A stretch of DNA of 64,000 bases from Negaprion brevirostris (lineage: Eukaryota): NCBI GenBank assembly GCA_030324005.1, contig JARDVH010000169.1, positions 11,583,852-11,647,851 of the forward strand, given 5' to 3'. Position 1 is the stretch's first letter. Each line of letters opens with the position of its first letter. A model generated the notes under the pieces. It had not been told where the DNA came from. It saw nothing but the letters and a program-made list of their open reading frames with translations, and ran no database searches. Positions 1-11,997 of the stretch are shown in pieces. The position numbers were made by a program, and so were the translations under genes.

Positions 1-77
1 ATAAACCTGTTGGACTTTAACCTGGTGTTGTGAGACTTCTTACTGTGCTCACCCCAGTCCAACACCAGCATCTCCAC
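1..77 (+). mobile_element. Penelope-like element (family A) 3' terminal-repeat fragment, cut by the window edge
   Basis: ATAAACCTGTTGGACTTTAACCTGGTGTTGTGAGACTTCTTACTG...CATCTCCAC is the reverse complement of 24982-25060, which is linked to a GIY-YIG fragment. Confidence 0.75.
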
Positions 78-99
78 GTTGTAGGAGGGTGAGTAAGTA

Positions 100-251
100 A
101 TAGGGAGACAAATTGGATACTTCTCCAAAAAACTGAAGCAACATCAGAAAAAGTGTTTCCTTGCGAAAAAGAAATTTGAACCTTTGTTGTGACCAAATAA
201 GGAGGTTGAATAGAGGAGAGCCAATTCACCCCTTCTCACCTGGTCATAACA
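100..251. mobile_element. Gypsy LTR-retrotransposon remnants (RNase H-like fragment on +, LTR-start-like fragment on -)
   Basis: 100-175 translates IGRQIGYFSKKLKQHQKK, resembling the Gypsy RNase H motif PIGYFSKKL...QKKYS. The reverse strand from 251 begins TGTTATGACCAGGTGAGAAGGGG, like an LTR 5' end. Confidence 0.5.
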
Positions 252-473
252 GGTATCACATACATTCTTAATATTTTCTTTACATTCTCAGGTTATCCAA
301 TCAGTTAATTTTGTGAAGCGTACCTACTTTATGTAGACCCATGCCATCGTGGAGTATAGATACAGCTACTCACTGGACCATCAGGAATTAGCCATGCACA
401 AATTGAGATATCAGAAGAGTTTATAAAACCCTGCACTAAACCATCAGGGACTATATATATAAATTTTTTACTT

Positions 474-815
474 CTGACTTTCTGGGACATGGGCATTGCT
501 GGCTGGCCAGCATTTATTGCCCATTCACAGTTGCCTGAGGACAATTGAGACTCAACCACGTTGCTGTGGCTCTGGAGTCACATATAGGCCAGACCAGATA
601 ATGTCCTTCCCTAAAGGACATTAGTGAACCAAATGGATTTTTCTGATAATCGACAATGGTTTTGTGGTCATCGGTAGATTCTTAATTCCAGATTCATTTT
701 ACTGAATTCTAATTCACCATTTGCCATTGTGAGATTCAAACCCAGGTCTCCAGAACATTAGCTGAGTTTCTGGATTAATAATCTAGCAATCATACTACTA
801 GGCCATTGGCTCCCC
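474..815 (-). mobile_element. tRNA-derived SINE (non-HE1 shark family) with a LINE-derived tail
   Basis: The minus strand starts GGGGAGCCAATGGCCTAGTAG (A-box-like) and has GGGTTTGAATC (B-box-like). Its tail GGGCAATAAATGCTGGCCAGCCAGCAATGCCCATGTCCC matches the LINE tails at 22870-22930 and 27135-27200. A second copy lies at 16561. Confidence 0.75.
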
Positions 816-2338
816 ATATTACTAACCTTTCCAATGCTCACAAAAATTTGATATGCCAACAGAATTCCATGAATCAGACTGTCTTTATGTTCCTTCAATG
901 AACTCCGAGGAGTTAGACATGATTTGGTAAATTGCTGAAACTGAAGTACTCTGAAATAAGTATCATGTTAAACCATCTGCTTTAGCACTATGACTTTGTA
1001 CAAAAGTTAGTTTAAAGCTGTTAGATTTTGAAGTGTTGCAATAGTTTCCTGTTTTGTGCTCATGTCTATGGTAAAAGTTGGGCAAGAAGAGATGTAATGA
1101 AACATCAACAGGTGGTGAGAATTAATAAGTTATGCAATAAAATTGCAGTGAAATAAATGCTTTAAACATGTCGTGTGGCTCTAACCGCAGATACCAGCTG
1201 CTTCCTATTGCAATGACTGGAAATGATTGATTGAGATCTGGACAATGGAAATGGATATGCAGCAAGAACAAGGTTATTATACTGAGTGCAGTTGAAAACC
1301 AAAGCAGTAATCTACACACACTGTGGCTTCTGAAAGATGCCAGAAAGCAGAAGGTGAGAACATCCTTGTATATTCAAGAACCTTTCTTCAACACACACAG
1401 ACTGTTGCCAAATTAATCTGAAAACTGCTGCACAATACAATCGAGTATCCTTTATCCATAAATCTGAAACCTGAACACAACTGAAAATGAAGTTTACTTT
1501 TTTNNNNNNNNNNNNNNNNNNNNNNNNNNNNNNNNNNNNNNNNNNNNNNNNNNNNNNNNNNNNNNNNNNNNNNNNNNNNNNNNNNNNNNNNNNNNNNNNN
1601 NNNACTGAAAATGAAGTTTACTTTTTTTGAACCTCATTGACTTTCAAGGTGGGAAGTCTGTGACCTGAGCTGATATGACCTTGCTGACCCCACCCTGTAC
1701 TTATTATTCAATGGTACATCTTACTTTTCTAGGCACTTTATTTACTTTAGACTATAGCTGGCCCAGGTTTAGGGTATTGGAATGTACGTAGACCTATGTA
1801 GTGTCTGCAAACCAGAATTATCTGAGATTGGAAACACAATGACTAGAGTGTTTTGAATAAAGAATACTCAACCTGAATTGATCAAAAGGCTCTGTTTTCT
1901 GACCAGTTGACATCTAGATCATTGCCCATTGACAGGAATTAGGGTTAGGAAGAAAAATTATGTTCTTAGCAGGAGAAGACCTTTAGCCACATATGACTTG
2001 TATTTTAGTTTAAGGAATTCTAGATGGTGGGCAGCGATATAAAAATTGTAATTTTGTTGCTGGGTGTATGATGTACACCAGATGGTTGAATTTTATCTAT
2101 ACACAAATGTAATTATTACTTATCAGCTTGCTGTGGGCAATCTTGAGCCTGCACTCTCCGTCTGCAGGAACGGTAGTGAGGTCTCAAGGTCTGGTGAAAT
2201 CTGGAAATCATGAATCTCGTTGGTGAAATCACAATTTCCAATGTTTACTGCCCCTTGTCGGCAACATAATCTGATTTTAATATATTTTAATAAATTTAAG
2301 TACAATTAAAGCCTCCCCTTCCCCCACTCACCATAAAC

Positions 2339-2663
2339 GGGTGGCATGGTGGCACAGTGGTTAGCACTGCTGCCTCACAGCACCAGGGACTCAGGTTCAA
2401 TTCCAGCCTTGGGTCACTGTCTGTGTAGAGTATGCAAGTTCTCTCTGTGCCTGTGAGGGTTTCCTCCAGGGGCTCTGGTTTCCTCCCACAGTCCAAAGGT
2501 GCGCGGGTTAGGTTGATTGGCTGTAGTTAGTTGCCTCTTAGTGTCAGGGGAGTAGCATGGTAAATAAGTGGGCTTTTGGGAATGGGGTCTGGGTGGGATT
2601 ATGATCGGTGCAGACTCATTGGTCCAAATGGCTTCCTTCTGCAGAGTGGGGATTCTATGATCT
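2339..2663 (+). mobile_element. HE1-type V-SINE, near full length
   Basis: GGTGGCACAGTGGTTAGCACTGCTGCCTCACAG head, GGTTCAATTCC B-box, V-domain GGTTTCCTCCCACAGTCCAAAG, and a CR1-like tail ending GATTCTATGA. Confidence 0.9.
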
Positions 2664-2689
2664 CTTCTATATATATTCCCTCTAGCCAT

Positions 2690-3060
2690 ATTTTCAAACC
2701 TTTCTATCGTGACATTGCATCAGTGAAGTTTACACCAGGTTCACACATGGGTGAACCTGTCATGAGAATCCCTTCAGGGGAACAAAGAAGAGTACAGCCC
2801 CTGGGGGGGAAGCGACATGATTAGGCACTGTCCTGGTACTGCTACTGGCATAGCTGGGCACTCCCAGGTGATTTTCAGGTGAAAAGGGAGTGTGTGAATG
2901 TTGGCAATGACTTATGGGGGTGGAGGGGAAAGGGTCTGATGCCAGTGTTATTCAGGAGGAAGGGCAGGGGGGATGTCAGCGATGACTGTTGGGGGAATAG
3001 GTAGAAAAGCTGGCTTTTATCGTGGGGATGGGAGGGAGGTTATCTTTTGCCTTGGAACAT
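2690..3060. repeat. G-rich degraded repeat, possibly a non-autonomous Harbinger relic
   Basis: GC/G-rich island with GGCACTG/CTGGGCAC motifs similar to 58380-58500. Confidence 0.25.
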
Positions 3061-3859
3061 TATGGTGTGAACTTGATTATGTCATTGGTGAGGTGTGGCG
3101 GAAACCAAAGATTGAGTGGATGAAATGTCAAATCAGTACGAGAAGGGGAGAAAGACCCAGTGAAAAAAGAGACAAAACAAAAATTTTGGGAAAAAAATTT
3201 AAAATTTGACATTTTTTTTGAAATCTCCAACAACCATCCATAACTGAATGAATGACACTCCACATCTGTTAATTTCAATGTCAGAGAAATTGATTGACAG
3301 AAATTAGCATTGATCACATTGTTAGTAGGTATTTGGAGATGAAATTACAAGATTGAACTTCCTGTGATTAGTTTAGTTTGTATCTGTCAGGCATACGTCA
3401 TAACTTCATGCTGTTCAATTCACTTCAATGGTGAAGCAGGGAGTGAGATGCTATTTCTTTGTAGTTAATGGTGGAGAGGCACAACATTTTGTTTTCATTT
3501 AACTGGCGTACTGCCCCTCACCTGAAGTTGCTGTCTCATTTGGGCATAAATAAAGGTGTGTGCCATTAGCCTCACAGTTACTTTGGAAGTAAAATCTGCC
3601 CCTAAATTTTACGATCTCTAGAATCCTGAAGCTTTGTTCCTGTTATTGCTGTCAGGGAATGATAGAAATCTTGACTGTCCAGCATGTGTTGTAAAGGATT
3701 ATTTTTCAGCTTGGAAGCAAGTATACTCCTGGGACTGTTACAAAATTTCAATCTTGCATTTAAACATGTCTTTCTAACTTCATCCAGCCATACAAATTAT
3801 CTTCGCTAAACTATCCCCTTTACTGATTTTGCTATCTGGTGTATACCCTCTTGGCCTTT

Positions 3860-4063
3860 ACTCCAACGTGGGTGACTGTGCTTTTAGCTACCAAGAACCT
3901 ATGTCTTCCCTAAACTCTGTCGCATCCTCCTGCATTAAGGCCCCTTTTGACTAGTGTTTCTCTTCCTTATAATTTGTCTTGGCTCAATGCCTGTTTCCTC
4001 ATTTGGTGAAGTGCTTTGGGATTTTTTTTGCACTCGAGTTGTGTTAAATATGCTGTTTTTGTT
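3860..4063 (+). mobile_element. L2-clade LINE 3' end, highly decayed
   Basis: GGTGACTGTGCTTTTAGCTACCAAG resembles the GxRAFSYQ region. The tail GTGAAGTGCTTTGGGA resembles the Deu-SINE tails in this window. Confidence 0.45.
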
Positions 4064-6044
4064 ATTATACCATCATTCTCGCTCTCAAAATAGTGATTGC
4101 CTCATAGAATTTGTACCCGCTGGTTTTTAGGTGTAATGATTTGAAGAAGATCTTGTCAACTCAGACTTCAATATGGTATCAGCCCCCTGCCACTCATTGG
4201 AGCAGGTTCCTCATACACTGCCCAGACTCTGTAGAGGGGCCTCTCACTGTCTTTTTTCAGGCAGGCTCCAATAGTCCAATTTCTGGTCTCAANNNNNNNN
4301 NNNNNNNNNNNNNNNNNNNNNNNNNNNNNNNNNNNNNNNNNNNNNNNNNNNNNNNNNNNNNNNNNNNNNNNNNNNNNNNNNNNNNNNNNNNNTCTTAATT
4401 GTGTTATTGAAGTGTCATTATTTCATGAGTGTTTTACCCTTCATTAACAGTCGCCATATATCCCACATTGCGAGTATTGTAGGCGCTTTGATTGAAAGAT
4501 GACAGTGTTTGTTCTGTCTCATAGCAAGTGATTGTAGCTTCCTTTTGTGTTTTGATCTTTTGTTGTGGTGTTAATTTGATTCTTGAGGCTGACTAGTTTT
4601 ATGTTACATACTTCAAGCGCTCTGTAGATGTTTACCCTCACTATGTTGAGTGACTTAGTGATAATAGTGCTTGTAATAGCATTCCTATTCATTACATACT
4701 ATATAATTCTGACCTAAACATGTACATAAAACTTAGAGCAACATTGATTTATAGAAGTACTGTAAATTAACTCCAGCTAATTAGCTTTTGTTAACATGCG
4801 CCTGCTAACATCAATTACAGGTAATGTGATCATCAATATAGAGAGGTGACAATTAAGGTGCATCTGACACTATCATTTTTAAAATGGCTATTCAGGTGTC
4901 ATTAAAGATGCTGCTGGAATCACAACGTGGATTTATATATCACTGGGGGACTATGTTGTATTCTGCATCTACAAAATCCTGAGTCACAGTAAATTAAAGA
5001 GAAAATGTTATGTATCTTTCTAGCCTGCTCAAAAGTAAATATCTTAAGGTAAAACTGTTGCATGCAGCCATTGAGAATTCATCTCTTGGCAGTTATTCTC
5101 ACTGATGGAACTCCTCTGTAAACTGCTTATATCTGCTTCTATATAAACGCAGCATTCCACATCTCTTCCAGCCATGGTTAGGACGGGAAGAGATTATTCA
5201 GGTTTGGCAATGATATTAGTGAGTCCCTATGGCTTTGACTTAACACAGATTTCATTTACAGCAAAATGCTAAGTGGTTGGAGGGAAAATAAAATTTCATA
5301 GCTTTGTAGATGCTTTTGATGGCAACAGGGTTTAGCAGCAGGAGGAAATTGAGCGACCTACAATTGAAGACAAATCAAATGTATTACAGCTGACAGAAGC
5401 AACTATGAAGAAGCTTTGAAATGTTATTTTCGCTCTGTGTACTTGGATTTCTTTTCTTTTTGCAATAAATTAGAATTGACTTAAATCAAAACCGAATGGA
5501 CTGAATGTACAGATGTACTGGCACCAAAAACATTGTGGCTGACATCTGTGCAGCCTTCTGTCTGAATGAATTGTAGTTTCCGCCAACCACCCCCCCAACC
5601 CCACCCACCTCCACCACCACCACCACCCTAACTCCTTCAGCAAGAAAGGAGAAGTTTAGCATAAAGGTTTAAGTTTAGTGTTCAGAAAGCTTTGTGCTAC
5701 AGTGAAATCTTCAATTTTCTTGCTCAGACTTTCAGAATACCTGGCCAAGTATCAGGATTGAGTTTGGCCATTGTTAAATGGACTGTTTTGCAGTAACAAA
5801 GGTATCTATTTTGCGGTGAAAGAGAACCTACTCAATTCCATAAATTCTAGTATCCAAAGGCCCAGTTTCTGAACATGAACTCATAATAATTCTCTGATTA
5901 TGTACATCCAACAGGTACACTTCCCCATTAGAAGTGAGTGCTCAGAAAACTGGCTTGAGTGTAATGAAAGCTATCAATGAGGATATCCAGGATACTGAAT
6001 TTATTTTTGTAGCTGCATCTTCTGAGCTCTTTCGTGTCAGATTG

Positions 6045-6665
6045 CAGGTTTACCCCAAAGTTGCACTAGGAAACCACTCTCGGAGATTCACAGATGAAGT
6101 TTGCATGGCAATTGTCCAGAAGTGCAGACTTCCATTGGTTAATTTCTTAGCACTGAGAAACTTAAGAAAACACAAGTTAAATTGCAAACTTTGGATGGCT
6201 CTGATTGGGTTACACCAATAGTCATCAGAATGGGTCAGAAGAATTAAAACCACATCTTAGTTCTGGGTAACTATTGTACAAACTGAGACTGAGCCCTCAG
6301 GGATTCCTCCACACCCCAGGGACTTCCCCAATCTCCAGATACCACCTCCCACCCCCAAAATGATGCACCCACTCTCTGACACCCCAAAGGTTTCTCGACA
6401 CCCCACGGCATTTCTCCCACCCACACGGGACTCCTCCACCTCCCCACACAAGGCTCGAAGCCTCTTTTAAATGCTATAAAAAGGATGTTTCTTCACTTCG
6501 ACACTCCTACACTTTGATTTGGGCCTCAAGGGCACACTGCACTGCCTGGATCTCACCCAGATTGAGTCAGGTCAGACCAGGCAGGCTGGGAAAAAGTTCA
6601 AGTAAGTAATTAGGCACAGAATGTCAATCTGAGGCTGATTGCCACTCTGAGGAAGTTCAGGCCCA
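6045..6665. repeat. Probable non-autonomous DNA transposon relic (Harbinger-like end ...GAAGTTCAGGCCC)
   Basis: C-rich internal block at 6290-6450 and a GGGC-type terminus on the minus strand. No clear partner TIR. Confidence 0.25.
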
Positions 6666-7728
6666 CTAACCTAATTTTTAAAGAAATGTTGTATAGTAGT
6701 AAGAATGCCAATATGTGGGTCTGCTACTAACATATGTTTCAGCTTCCAATGGCTTTTTCACCTCATTTATTGGTATATTCTTTTAACTGAAATATGGTGT
6801 TGAGAATTGATGTTACCCTGACCCCATTACTTCAATGTGTCTCCTGCTTTGCTCACCAGTTCATGGACTGATAATAAAATATTTTTTTTTGCATGGAAGT
6901 GTGGATTTGTACACTCAACTATATGACCAATCATTTTTGGAAACCATGTGGAAGGCTGTGCAGGGAGGAGAAAGAGGAAATGAAAGATTTAGAAAGAATT
7001 AAAATGCCGGCAAAGTTACATTATACTTTCAACTGTTAATTTCATATATGGTAAAGCATAAAATATTATGTTAATGCGATTACGATAAAAAAAACATGCT
7101 GTTAAGATACAAATCCGTTAGAAGGCGTTATCTATCAATGCAAATTGACTTTGGCTCTGCATCAATGTGCCAGTGGCAGATAAATTTCAGACTAAGAGCC
7201 ACTCTGGAAAATACTAAGCCCTAGGGCTTCAGGTAGTTTACAGGATTTCTCGTACACTTTATAAGCTTACTGTTAAATCTGCTTTAATCTTGAGGAAGCC
7301 AAAACTTATGTCCCCAATCATGAAAAACCTTAGCAGCCAAGGAGAGGTGCCCAACTGATGGGTGGAAATGGGGTGTGAGGAGAGGTCTTTTTTGTCAGGT
7401 ACAATGCAGCTCATAGCTATGGGTAGCTTGTAGTCTTGCCAGCTACATTTTGTATCTACCAGTTTCTGACCAATAGTCCTGTAGAACTTTAACTCAATAC
7501 ATACAATCGAAGATTTACCATGTTAGGAACACACAAAGAAATCAGAATGACACTATTAAGAGCATTACAAAGTGTCTTCTAGCTTACAATTATTGCAAAA
7601 TAGAGTTTTTCAATTTATGTTAAAAGTAAGAGTTATGACAAAAATTCCGTCCACTGCTTTTCAGATATAAGGAGTTTGGTCTGTAATGATTATAATTGCT
7701 GTTTGCTAGTGATAAAATCATTCCCAAT

Positions 7729-7800
7729 TCATAGAATCATTGAAAGATACTGCACAGGAGGAGGCCATTTGGACCATTGTGGCCTGCACCACTTCTTTGT
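7729..7800 (-). mobile_element. CR1 LINE 3' tail fragment
   Basis: CATAGAATCA...GCACAGGAGGAGGCCATTTGG is the reverse complement of the HER1/CR1 tail. Confidence 0.6.
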
Positions 7801-7834
7801 TAGAGGTAACTACCTAGTAATAGTCTTTAATCAT

Positions 7835-8155
7835 AGCGGCAAGGTAGCACAGTGGTTAGCACTGCTGCTTCACAGCTCCAGGGACCTCGGTTCAATTCCT
7901 GCTTGGTCACTTGAGTTTGCCCATTCTCCTTGTGTCTGTTGTGGGTTTCCTCCAGGTGCTCTGATTTTCTCCTACAGTCCAAAGATGTGTGGGTTGATTG
8001 GCCATGCTAAAATTGTTCCTTAGTGTCCTGAGATAAGTAGGTTAGAGGGAATAGCAGGTAAGTGTGTATGGGGGTAGGGCCTGGATGGGATTGTGGTCGG
8101 TGCAGACTCAATGGGCCAGATGGCCTCTTCCTGCACTGTAGGGTTTCTATGATTC
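7835..8155 (+). mobile_element. HE1-type V-SINE
   Basis: Same head, V-domain and tail as 2339-2663. Confidence 0.9.
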
Positions 8156-10249
8156 GTAGCCATGAAAACAGTTGCAAAAGAAAGGGGCAGAATGCCAGTG
8201 TAAGTGAATGATAAAAGATAAACTGTGATCCTTTTCAAATAAGAGCTCTTTGAAATTCTAACTGGATTTGCTATTCATTTGTTCATTCTTTGAAATATTT
8301 TCATGAAAGTGAAATGCAAACACTGTCAGTATGTTATCAGTTTCAGTAACAGATGCACATTTATACAGATAAATAGTTTTCCATATAAAACGAGAAAATC
8401 TGAAAGTCAAGACTAGAACTTAAGTTGACCATAAAATGGTTAACAGCAGCAATAGAAAGCAAATGAAAGAGAAAATGAGAAGGGGTCACAGAGAGGACAC
8501 GTTCAGCTTGTACCACTGTCCATAATTTGCCTCTGATCTCTATGCCTATGTATTTCATACATACAGGCAACTCTCTCATAAGCACAGAGGCTGATTCAAG
8601 GCTGATTGTAGAACATCTGTTGAGGTATTTACAAAGTTAGTAGATTAGCTGCAAGTCAAGCAGGTGTTTTGTTTTACTGGAGCCAAAGTGGATTTTGCTC
8701 TGGTCTTTTAAGTACAAGGAACCAAGTTGCGACGAAGACATTTGGAAAGCCAACAGATAATAAAGCACAAGCAGCAGTTGCTCATAATTACAGGTGGTCA
8801 ATATTCGGCACATTATGCGCCTCACGGAAGAAGAATACAAGCTTAATTTATATGGAAAAAGCATAATCAAATACAGATGGGAGGATGTAAATTAAAGAAT
8901 TTACCAAATATCTCAGTGGAATATACTAATGGAAACGAGACAGAATAGGAAATTAAAAATTATTTGAAGCAGATGGACATTTCTTTGAGTTTTTTTAATT
9001 TATTAGCTGCATGAAACTGTATCTGTTTATTTTACATAGCCATGAAATTAATGATCTGCTGAGCTGTACTTGTGTTATTTTACGATCACTAAGTCATTCA
9101 TTTTATCTTGTGATATTTGATAATAATCTGTGAAAATTCCTCAAGTAGTTTGATTTATCCTTGAGTTTTCTTTTGTTAAAATTAACCCTTGCTGTCACAT
9201 ATAGTCTGTAATCATCCTGCAGTTTGCATAAAACCATACCATTTTTCTGAGAATGTTTCTGGTGTATTGTATTATATGTTAACAAGTTTGCATATGGTAT
9301 ACAATTACACAGCCTTCCCATTTAAGGTTTAACCATCACATTTCAAACTTCACAGAATACTGAATTTGCTGATGCACCAGGGGCAACATCACAAGAAAAC
9401 CGCTCATATATGTTAAGTAGACAATGATCAGTTCGGGTTAGTTATCCAAATCTCATCGGACTCCTGAAATTTTGCAACTTATCTTATTCCCATTTTGTTT
9501 AGTTCTCACTATGATGTTGCTTGCACTGCTGCAATGGGACCATAAGAACCATAAGTGCAGGTGAACTTGGCCTTTGAAAAGGTTTCTGGTGAAGACAACC
9601 CAATTGATGAATCAAGCATTCACACCATGGAAAACCATGAGGCAAGTCAGTTTCTATCATGATTTAATATAGCAGTGTGCTAGTATAGCATGAGATTTTG
9701 GCAAAGTATTACTAAGGTTGATTGACATTAGAACATATTTTCTGGTAGAAGGGAGCTTCATACTTAAATGTGTTACAAAGCATTCTTCAAATGTTTAGAC
9801 TTTCCAACATTAACAACTAAATAATTTATCTCCCTATCAGGTTTCCATCTAGTGTAAAGTTAGCCTTCCTTGCAGTTCACTGGGGCACAATAAAGCCAAG
9901 CATGACATGTTTTGTGCTAAAAATGCAGAGTCTTTGAAATAAATACATTTCTTTGCAATATTTCCGATAGCACATTCTTTTAAAATGTAATTCTCAATCA
10001 TATCCTTCCATCTACAAGAGGTGATAGACACCCAGCAAACAATCCATTTCAGATAAGGTGTCTTCATTTGGTGATGGCTGAACAAGCCAGTCATTGGGAG
10101 ACAGGTTCTGCCATAGGTGTCACACATGTCACTCAGTGATCATCATCTTGGTGATCACACCAGTTCACAGGAAATGTTGTCATTTCCTTGTGTCATGAAC
10201 TAATTATTCTCAGGTGCAATAATCAATGTTTAGGGTCTTCATGTCACAT

Positions 10250-10665
10250 TTCCATGCATTCTTGATGTGGAGCTTTGGGCGTCCTACTGATTGTCTGGTT
10301 TTGGCTACCTCACCTTACAAAATGTCCTTAAGAATGTGTCCATCTTCATTCTGCAGAGTCCAAGCCAGTGTTTGCTGAAGATGAACATACTTGGAAGCCT
10401 ACCTCTGAAAGGACTTTTGCATTTGTCATTTTGTCTTGATTCGATATATCCATAATGCACCACAGACAGCAAAGATGGAAATTGTTGAGCTTCATTTTTG
10501 GTAGTTGTACATTACACAATTGTGCAACAAAGTGCTGAGAACACAGGCCTATAAACCATCAGCCTGATCCTAAGTGTCAATTTGATTTTATTCCATGTGT
10601 GTATTGTGAGTTGGCCTATTCATGCATCAAGTTCTACATCAAAGGACAGATTGTGGACCTGAGGT
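10250..10665 (-). mobile_element. RTE-clade LINE ORF2 C-terminal fragment
   Basis: The minus strand gives fragments KLNNFHLCCLWCIM, QDKMTNAKVLS and GEVA..VGRPKLHIK, typical of the RTE C-terminus. Confidence 0.65.
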
Positions 10666-10747
10666 AACAGAATCTACTCACTACTTCCAACATGGTTTTA
10701 TTTAGTGTGATCGGGACAGCGATGCAATACCTTGTCCCATAATTCCA

Positions 10748-10918
10748 TGTGGGTTAGATTGTTTGACCATGCTAATTTGCCGTTTAGTGTCAAATTGCCC
10801 CAGTGTCAGGGGAATTAGCAGGTTAAGTATATAGGGTTTTGGGGATAAGACCTGGGTGGAATCATTGTTGGTGCAGACTGAATGGGATGAATGGCCTCTT
10901 TCTGCACTCATTCTATGA
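10748..10918 (+). mobile_element. 5'-truncated HE1 SINE
   Basis: CCATGCTAATTTGCC...GGTGCAGACT...ATGGCCTCTTTCTGCAC tail, with a small internal duplication. Confidence 0.75.
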
Positions 10919-11254
10919 GTATGGTTTTCTTTCACGGCTTATATTCAGGGAGACAAGCTACAGGTGTAGGAGTGACAGTTGAAAAGTTTTTGAAACTGAA
11001 TTTCCCTGTGAGCAACCAACACAGCATTATCAGCATGGCGGAGCTCTCTGACCAAGGCAAGATGTGCTTTTGCCTTTGCTTTCAGTCTTGATTGTAGAAC
11101 TTGTCGTCTGACCTAGAATGTAGGTAGGTTCCTGCTATGTTTGCAGGGAAGGCAAACTTCAGAATCATGGGGAGCAAGATGACAAAGAGACTAGAGATTA
11201 GGATGTAACCCTGTTTCTCTCCATTCTTCACGGTCAGAAGTGACACCTTCTACC

Positions 11255-11997
11255 TATATGAGCTATGTGCGAAGGGATCAAGAGGGCACTTGGTCCTATC
11301 ATCATCAAAGTTGTCTTCTGAAGTCAGCAGATGATGAAGTACTCACTGATCGAACTAACATCCCACTGGGCTAAGCAATATTGTGAGCTGTACTCCTGCA
11401 AGACAGTCATCTCCTAGGCTGTGCTTGACACCCTTCTGCAGCACGGAAGAATTAGATGAAGAACACTCAGTCCTTGAGATCGAGAGGGCCATAGATCACT
11501 TAGCAAACACAAGGACACTCAGCAAGGATGGATTCCCAGCCAACCTGTTTAAACACGGAAAGTCACAACAATTGTAACACCTTTCTGATCATCTTCCCAG
11601 CTGGAAAATAGTCTCCATGCCACAGGAAATGTGTGATGTAAAATCGTTACACTATACAAAGTCAAAGGTCACAGACTGCAACACTTACAGGGGCATCTCA
11701 TTCCTTAGCATCACGGGGAAGGCCTTTGCTTGGATTATACGTAAAATTCCATCTACTTACAGACCCAGAAGCACAGTACAGTTTCTGTGCTGTCAGATCT
11801 ATAGTGAATACGCTCATCTCCATACATTAGCTACAAGAGAAGGTCGGAAACAGATGTATCTCTTCACCTTACTTTCCTAAATCTAGCCAAAGCATTCAAC
11901 AGCATCAGCAGGGCAGCACTATACCAGATTTTGGGGAGAATTGGCTGTCCAACAAAATTCCTGAGTCTTGTCTGCTCTTTCCATGACAACAATATGT
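11255..11997 (+). mobile_element. RTE-clade LINE reverse-transcriptase fragment (frameshifted)
   Basis: ORF fragments ELDEEHSVLEIERAIDHLA..KDGFPANLFKHGK and DCNTYRGISFLSITGKAFA, then LAKAF and IGCPTKFLSLVCSFHDN. Confidence 0.85.

Noticed and set aside
1480-1628. Direct repeats flanking N-gaps (also 19436/19542, 29443/29564, 51272/51392, 58018/58168)
   Set aside because: Near-identical sequence on both sides of a 100-N spacer indicates unmerged overlapping contigs. The 29.4 kb pair differs by one base, probably a heterozygous site. This is an assembly artefact.
2339-2415. tRNA-like A and B boxes
   Set aside because: These are SINE heads, not tRNA genes.
5581-5635. C-rich tracts (also 14875-14925) as G-quadruplexes
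   Set aside because: Irregular low-complexity sequence with no supporting context.
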